DNA of 64,000 nt from Piromyces finnis finn (lineage: Eukaryota; Fungi; Neocallimastigomycota), in assembly GCA_002104945.1 (NCBI GenBank), contig MCFH01000018.1, positions 1-64,000 on the forward strand, in the 5' to 3' direction. Positions 56,047 to 64,000 of this stretch are shown in pieces. The notes beneath the pieces were generated by a model. The model saw only the letters and a list, made by a program, of their open reading frames with translations, did not search any database and was not told where the DNA came from. Every line of letters begins with the position of its first letter. Position 1 is the first letter of the stretch. The position numbers and the translations under genes were made by a program.

Positions 56047-59000
56047 TTTTATTATTAATATTGATCTCAAAAAATACTTGATATTATCTATGTATATAAA
56101 ATTTTGTACTCTTGAATATTTAATAGTGAAATTTATATTTTTTTTCTAATAAATTAAAATGTCGTTTTTGTTATAATGTTTTCGTTTATTATTATTATTA
56201 TTATTTTTTTCTTGGAATTTTTAATTAATAGATTAAAAGTATTAAAAAAAGTAAAGTGCAGAATATTGTACTTTATAATATTATAAACTAAATTAAGAAA
56301 TTACAATAACTAATAATTATATTAAAGAGAATATAGTATTAAAAAAATAATAATAAATTATAATTTTTTGAATTATATTATTAAAGGTTTGCAAGAATGA
56401 ATTTATTTTATGTACTGCTGTTGTTTTTATGATTAATATTTTTGTTTTATACTTCTATTATAATACAATAGTTTATTATATGACGCAAAACGATATTATT
56501 ATTAATTGAAAATAATGATTTAAAAATAAATTTTAATTATTTATTTAAATCAAATAAAATTATTTTTCACTTTTTTTTAAATGAGATTATTTTCAATATT
56601 GATGACTTGTTATTTTTACTTTTTCTTTTTACTAAAAAAAAAAAAAAATGAACAAATATAGATTACTTTTTGTATTATATTAATATAATAATTTTTTTTT
56701 ACGTATAGAACAAAATAAATGCCAAATTTAATTAGATTCAAAAGGTTATGTCGAAGTTAATAAGTTAAAGACAGCAAGATTAAATATAAAATTATTTAAA
56801 TAAAAAAGATCATATATAAAAATTATTAGTTTTCTCTTTTCTTTTATAAAATAGATTTTAATACAACTTATATTATCTATTTTCTTATTGATTTATAGAA
56901 ATAATAAAATTCTTTTTCTAAATATGTTTCAATTATTGCTACTTTTCTTTTTCTTTTATTATTATTATTATAAGTTTTATATAATAATTTAACTAGAATA
57001 TATTATCTTTTATTTTGAAAAAAAAAATTATTTATATATTACTTTTTAAATTATTTTTTACCAAAACTTTCTTATATTGTTGTATTTCGTAGTTACTTAG
57101 AGATGTTTTTATTTTAATTCTTTAGAGAAAAATTTACTTTATTTTATTTATTTATATATTTATTTAATTTGATTGTCCTAATATTCATATGATTTTATTG
57201 ATATCTAATTATTCTTAAATATTAAAAGTTTTATAAAAACTGAAATTTTATATAACTCTCTGACTAATGATATGAATATTATAATATTGTTATTGTCTAT
57301 TTATTTTAATTATCCTTTTTAATTTTGTTTTAACTTTATTCGTTTTTTGCTATTTGTTTGTTATAATTACTTCAATTATTTTATTTTTTTGTAATTTTAT
57401 TTTTTTTAAATATAAAAATTTATTTCATTATATTAAAAATATGTTTCTTCTATTTAAAAATTTATTTAAATATAAAAAAAATGATTTATTTCAAAAAATA
57501 TTAAATATGGTAAAATAAATTTTTTAATTATATTTAAAAAAAGGTATATACTTTTATAAATTGTAAAATTTTAATAAATAAAATAATTACATTATAATGG
57601 GATTGTTGAAGGTAGGGGATATATATCAATAAAATATGGTTTCAAATGATTAATAATGTATTAAAAGGTGCGTTTAATTCTTTATTATATAAATAATTTA
57701 TATAATATTAATGTTAATAAATATTGATTTTTACTATTTATTAATATATATTAATATATGTAGAATTATACCTTTTTCGAGAAAAAAAAAATTTTAAATA
57801 GTTTCTCTGTTTATATTTATTATTAAATGATTATTATTGTATTAAATCATTCACTTTAAATTTTACAGAATTTATTCTTTTTTTTTTACTTGAATTAATA
57901 ATTAATGATTGATTGTAATTGTTTACGAATTTTATTTTTATTTCAAGTGATATTTTTTTTAATAATTTCTTTTTTCAAAAAGAATAAAATAAATAAAATA
58001 TTGTCACTATTAATAAAAATAAAATTGTATCTTAATATTTCACTTTAATATAAAATACTATAGATACTATAGAAAATATAATTTATATTAATGTTAATTA
58101 ATTATTATTTCATCATTAAATTATATATTAAAATATTTACTTTTTAGTATAATAAAAGGTATTTATTATTTTATTTATTAATCTTGCATTTTTTTTTTTT
58201 TTTTTATTCCAAAATATAAATAGTATTAATATAGTAAAGTATAGTTATGAATTTGAATAGGATGGGGAAAAAATATTGTGTAGGAAGCTATTAATTCATA
58301 AAAAAAGAAAAAAGAATAAAAAAAAAGGGATTATCTATACAGATTTAAAAAATATATATTAATAATTTAGTAATTAACTATTTATATATATATAATTTTT
58401 CTTTTTCTATTTATTATTTGAAATTTACTTTCGTTGAGCTGTTTTTTTTTTTTTTTTTTATATATATATATATAACAATTATTGTTACTTTTTTTAGTTT
58501 TCTTTTTTTTTTATATCTACTCTTTAATTTTTATTTTTTTTTTTACTATTTTTTTGGTTGTTTTTTTTTTATCTTGTTTTTAATTATTTTATTATTGTTG
58601 TTTTGAATTTATTTTCGTTTAAAAAGGATAATATCTTTTTCAAAAAGGTTATATTATTTTGTTCATTATTCAATAATGTTTAATATTTTTTTAATCAATA
58701 TTATTTCTTCTTTTTTTTTAACAATAATTTTCTTTTTAACAAAAAAAAAAAAAAAAAAAAAAGAAACTAAAAAATAAATTTTTAATGAATATTAATATAT
58801 TTTATATTAAAAATTTTTAATTAAAAAAAAAAAAAAGAAAAGCTCTTAAATAAGATAAGGAAAAAAGAAAAAAGCCCTTTTATTACTTTTTATAGAAATT
58901 ATATAATAATAATAATAATTTCGATAAAATATTTATAATACTATGAAAACAGTCATCATCTCTATATACAGCCTATTCTCTAGACTCCACTTTTTTCATT

Positions 59001-59632
59001 TTAATTTATAGCTATTATTCATTTTTATCTATAAATTTATTTAATTTTATTATTAATTTTATTTATAATTATAATTATTTATTTATTTATATAATTATGA
59101 AAAAATCTTTGTCCATTGGCTATCCCAAAGTGTATTTAATACAATATATTATATAGTTTACTTTAATATATATTAGATATTAATTTAATAAATATAATGT
59201 TTATCTTCTCAATATATTAAATCATCCTTATTCAATTCCTGACCAGTTATCATCAAGTTTTAATTATTCATGATGAAAATGAGAAAATAGCCAATAATCA
59301 TGCAGTAATCAATTATAAAATAATATATGAAAAAACTAATTATCATAATAAATAATGAATATAAATATAAAATAATAGTAATAACAATAAATATATTTGC
59401 AGCATTGTTCATACTACCATTACCTATAAATATTTGTAGGTAAAAGAACATAACAAATGAACAAAAGGACTAATAATATTAACAAAATATTTAATAAGAT
59501 AATAATTATTATTTATACATGTTGTTATGCTATTCAATATAATTGTAATATTTACCATAATACATTAAATACATTTTATATTATCATTCATTTATTATCC
59601 TTTTTTATTACAAAAGATTACAGCTAGTACTA

Positions 59633-59693
59633 TTATTATTATTATTATTAGTAGTAGTAGTAGTAGTAGTAGTACTATTATTATTATTATTAT

Positions 59694-59725
<32 letters not shown>

Positions 59726-59770
59726 GTAGTATTAGTAGTAGTAGTATTAGTAGTAGTAGTAGTAATAGTA
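59633..59770. repeat. Compound (TAT)n/(TAG)n microsatellite
   Basis: Alternating ATT and AGT triplet blocks; explains ORF 59595-59792. Confidence 0.9.
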
Positions 59771-61535
59771 TTAAGAGTGTAGTATGTTGCAATTTAAAAT
59801 TATTGAATTAAAAAAATATTTTTTTTAAGAAAAAGCAACAATTGTATGTATGTCTTATAAAATTATGGTTTTATCCTTATATATTATTACTACACTAAAT
59901 ATATTTCATAGTAATAAAATAGTTAAAAAAATCAAAGAGAATTAGTTATAAATAGTATTAAGTGAAAATATATTTAATAATAGTTTCTTTTTTTTTTTTT
60001 TGTAATCCAATATCAATAATTTATATTTTTAATATTTTGTATTTATATAGAATATTTAGAATAATCTATAGATAAGTTTAATTATTATTCAACCTTAAAA
60101 AGGCATAATTAATTTTTTATATATTTTAAAACTATTTTTTATTTTTTAGGTGTGGTTAGTTTGCTTAATGGAAATTGGTATTAAAAGAAAACATAGAAAC
60201 AGACTATTCATTTAAAATTTAAAAATGTTCTATATTAAAAAGAAAAAGAATTCACAATTATTAATTTAAAAATGAATATTTTTTTTAATATAAATCCTTT
60301 TTTAGTATTTTAATTATTGAACATTATTAATGAGTTTATTTTGATTTTCCATTCTTTTTCATTTTAATCCTTTTTATTTGCTTTTATTTCCCTTTTATTA
60401 CCCTATTATTTATATATGTAAATTATTATATAAATCCACTATTTTAAATGATATAAATTATACATGAATTTATATTAATTACATTCATATATAATATAAA
60501 TTAATGTACATTGTATTCATAACATAATGTATCCTAAAAATAAAATTTTTAAAGTATTTAAAGTTTAATTCTGTTTTTTTTAAAAGAAGTAGAAGTTTTT
60601 AAAATAAAAAAAAAAGCTGACATTAGTAATATTTATTACTAATCTTTTCATTCTAAAATAAAAAAAGAATATTTATATAAATATTAATGTAAACAATATT
60701 TTCAAGTATGTTAGTATTATTTAGAGTTAATTTACTACTGAATTCTGCCATTACTATCTTGGTTGTATTTTATAATATCTTTAAATGTTATAATTTTGAT
60801 TTTTATACTCATTTAATTTATATTGCTGCTCATTAATTATCTATAAAATTATAAAATTATAATGTATACAATTTCATACTAAACAAATATATAATTAACC
60901 TTATTATTTAATAATTACTCTTTTATAAAGCATTAGGATCTATTTCATTTCATTAATATCTGTAAATAATTTATTTATAATATATTTATTCTTTTCATTT
61001 TAAAATAACAAAAAGATAAAATAAAAAAAATTATTTATAATTCATTACTTTTTTAAAAAAATGTTTATGGTTTTCATATGAAGAACATCTTTACAAATTA
61101 ATGTAAATAATATTGGAACAAAGAATAAAGAGGAAAAAATATAATATTAATTATAATAAGCTTTAAAAACAAGTTATCTCTTACACTACTATCTATCTTA
61201 TTATAACTTCATATTAAAAATTACAATATACCAATATACCTAAAATATACCTATAATGGTATATTAAATTACTATGAAAATATAAAGATAACAATAGTAA
61301 ATAAATAATTAAAATATAAAATACATTTATTTTGAATAAAAAAAATTATAAATATTATCATAAATAATACTAATTAGTATTCAGTGTACATCAATACTCA
61401 AAAAAAAGAATATATAAAAATAACCTATAATTATTATATTTTTTAGAATATAATAAACTTTATTTAATTCTTTAATCACAACATATTATAAATATAGATA
61501 TTTTTATTATTAAATAATTAAAAAAATACTTAAAA

Positions 61536-64000
61536 ATGACGTCAATGCAATCAACCTCCATAAATTCTACTAGTGTATCTAGTAATTATAGTGATGTTAT
61601 CTCTAATTCTGAACTTTCAACTGCAGTACATTCACGTGCGGATTCCATGTCAGAAACTAAATCATATGTTTCTTCCTTTTCATCAATGGCATCAAGTATT
61701 AATAGTGGAAATTCTGCTACTGACTTGTAAAAATAATAAATTATGATTTATATATAAAATTTTAATTAAGCAGTTATTATATTACATATTCTAATAAAAG
61801 TCAATAACTAATCTATTTTTTTTTTTCGTTTTTACATTCTTTAAAACCAATATAACCTTCACCATTTAAAATATCATTATTCTGGTGACATTTATACACT
61901 AATATTATTGAACAAATATTAATGATAATATATTAATATGATAATGAATAATGAATAATTCAATATTATTTAATCAAATATATATATAAATTATTTATTC
62001 GAATTAAAATTAAACAAATAAAAATAAATAAAGAATTGCTGCTAAAATAGCGAATGAATTAGATGATGGAAAATCTTTTTTTAGACAACAGATTTTTCGT
62101 ATCGTTACTAGTCGAGTATTTAATAATATTATGTTGGGTATTATTTTAATAAATACAGTAACAATGGCATTACAAGTAATAAAAAGTTTTAATTCAAAAT
62201 ATTGTATGTTTACTTTTTCTATATTCATATTTTAAAGAAATTTAAATACGATTGGAAATTTCATAATAAATACTTTTCAATCTCTTAAATTTTTATTCTT
62301 TAATGTGATATTTTGTTTTTATTGGAAAATAATATATATGCTAATAATTTTTTCATATAGCTTGGTATCTAGCAATTATTGATCAAGTATTTCTGGTAAT
62401 ATATATATGGGAATGTTTATTGAAGTTATACGCATGGAGATTATATTATTTTAAATCAGGATGGAATGTTTTTGGTAAATATTTAAAAAAAAAAAAAAAA
62501 AAAAAAACATATAAAAATAATATTAATTGTATTTCAACAATTTAATTAAAACATTATAATATATAATTAAATATATTACATTAGATTTCTTTATTGTTTT
62601 AATTAGTATTATTACATGGTTTTTACCTGAAATATTAACTTCATCAGCTAATTTTGATGCAAAATTCCTTAGAGTATTGAGAGTTATGAGAGCTTTTCGT
62701 GCAATTCGTTCTATTCGTGTTTTAAGAGCTATTAATTTCTTACGTTCTTTACAAGTTGTCGTTTCTGTGTTGATTCGTTCAATTCCAGCCATGGCAAATA
62801 TTGTATTTTTAGCTTTTATTATCATCTGTAGGTTTCATTTATGCTATAATAAATAAATTATTAAATGAATTAATAATATTAATATAATTTAATCTTTTCA
62901 ATTTTTTATGCCATGAAAATATATTATTATATTTAATTGTTTTTATACAAAAAAAAAAAAAAAAGATATTTTCATGATTATTGGAACAGCCTCATTTGGA
63001 AAATATGATGAAAAGCATTTTGGATCTTTATTTAAAACATTATTTAGATTAATTCAATTAATGACTTTGGATGATTGGAGTGTTATTTATGAAGAGAATA
63101 GAGATAAAGCACCTATTATTTGGTTCTATTTAGCTATTTTTATTGTATTAGAAACTTTTATTTTTTTGAAGTAAGTCAAAAAAAAAAAAAAAAAAAAAGC
63201 ATAATAGATATATTCATTATTATAAATTAACGGCAGTAAAATTTTAAATTATTTTATATTCATTTATATTTGTATGTATATAATTATATAAAAGTCTTTT
63301 TGTTGCTGTAATTGTTAGTAATCTTCAAAGTTCTAAAAATAGCAAGATTAAAAAAAGAACAAGGGTTAAACAGGTATATACCTGAAAAATAGAAATGCAT
63401 ATATATAGTTTAATGTAAATGATTAATAATTCTAAATATTGTTTTAAAACAATAATATATATAGAAAATTAATGACGATTTTATGGAAATAAACAATAAC
63501 ACAAATGCTTATAAAAAAAAAGATAAATTAGATGATAGAAGAATTGGTTTATATGATAATAACGATGAGGATTTCAAATCTCAAATCGGAAAGTATTATG
63601 GAGAAACAATACCAGAAAGGTTTATATCTAGAGTTAAAATTAAAATTTTATATCAATAAATAATAAATATTTAATATTTATTTTTTTTATCGCTTTTAGA
63701 CAACAATTATTATTATCAAAGTATTTCATGTTATTAGCTGCACTAGAATATAATAATAGTTCATATAATAAACAACAAAAGATTTTAGATGATTTAGGTA
63801 TATTTATATGGAACAATTATATGAAAAACTGTATAATATTAATATATTTTAATATTATTAATGATAACATCTTTTCATTTTAATAATAATAATATGAATA
63901 TGGATATGGATATAATACGTTAGTTGATCTTACCATTGAAAAGGTTGAAGAGGGTGACTTATTGAACCCAATTGATGATAAAGCCGTTAATGATGCTGCC
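61536..64000 (+). CDS. CATSPER1: CatSper1-like cation channel pore subunit (single 6TM domain), truncated by the window end
   Basis: In-frame GT-AG splicing gives S1 (FNNIMLGIILINTVTMALQ), S2 (IDQVFLVIYIWECLLKL), S3 (WNVFDFFIVLIS), S4 (KFLRVLRVMRAFRAIRSIRVLR), S5, pore LMTLDDWSVIY, S6 (FIFLNLFVAVIVSNLQ), and a C-terminal coiled-coil-like segment (KYFMLLAALEYNNSSYNKQQKILDDL). Confidence 0.88.

Noticed and set aside
57611-58270. STRE-like AGGGG/TGGGG motifs upstream of the TM-SH3 gene
   Set aside because: Only one true STRE 5-mer, more than 1.5 kb from the ATG; too little to support a call.
60148-60215. Acceptor followed by the frame VWLVCLMEIGIKRKHRNRLFI*
   Set aside because: I found no partner exon or start codon and no homology.

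Overview
Extremely AT-rich, intron-containing eukaryotic DNA with long poly(A/T) runs and (AAT)n tracts. Fungal-type genes together with cilium genes point to a zoosporic fungus, most likely an anaerobic gut fungus (Neocallimastigomycota); this is an inference, and Dictyostelium is unlikely because cilium genes are present. I spliced 14 protein-coding genes by hand, left to right: a Cys-rich GPI-type protein (not in the ORF track), a TM-SH3 protein, PRP6, riboflavin kinase FMN1 (not in the ORF track), SPOUT1, carnosine N-methyltransferase, a second orphan GPI-type protein, a Sel1-repeat protein whose poly-Asn tract is frameshifted, CEP104, CFAP46, a secreted bacterial-type transglutaminase-like protein, a SAM-domain Ste11/Bck1-type MAPKKK, a second TM-SH3 protein, and a CatSper1-like Ca2+ channel with a TLDDW pore that runs off the window end. 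The main points of interest are the CatSper1 subunit, three flagellar genes within about 38 kb, a candidate horizontally acquired transglutaminase that now has introns, and Fus1-like TM-SH3 proteins next to a Ste11-like kinase. I saw no rRNA, tRNA, CRISPR array or intact transposon. All family assignments come from remembered motifs, not from database searches.
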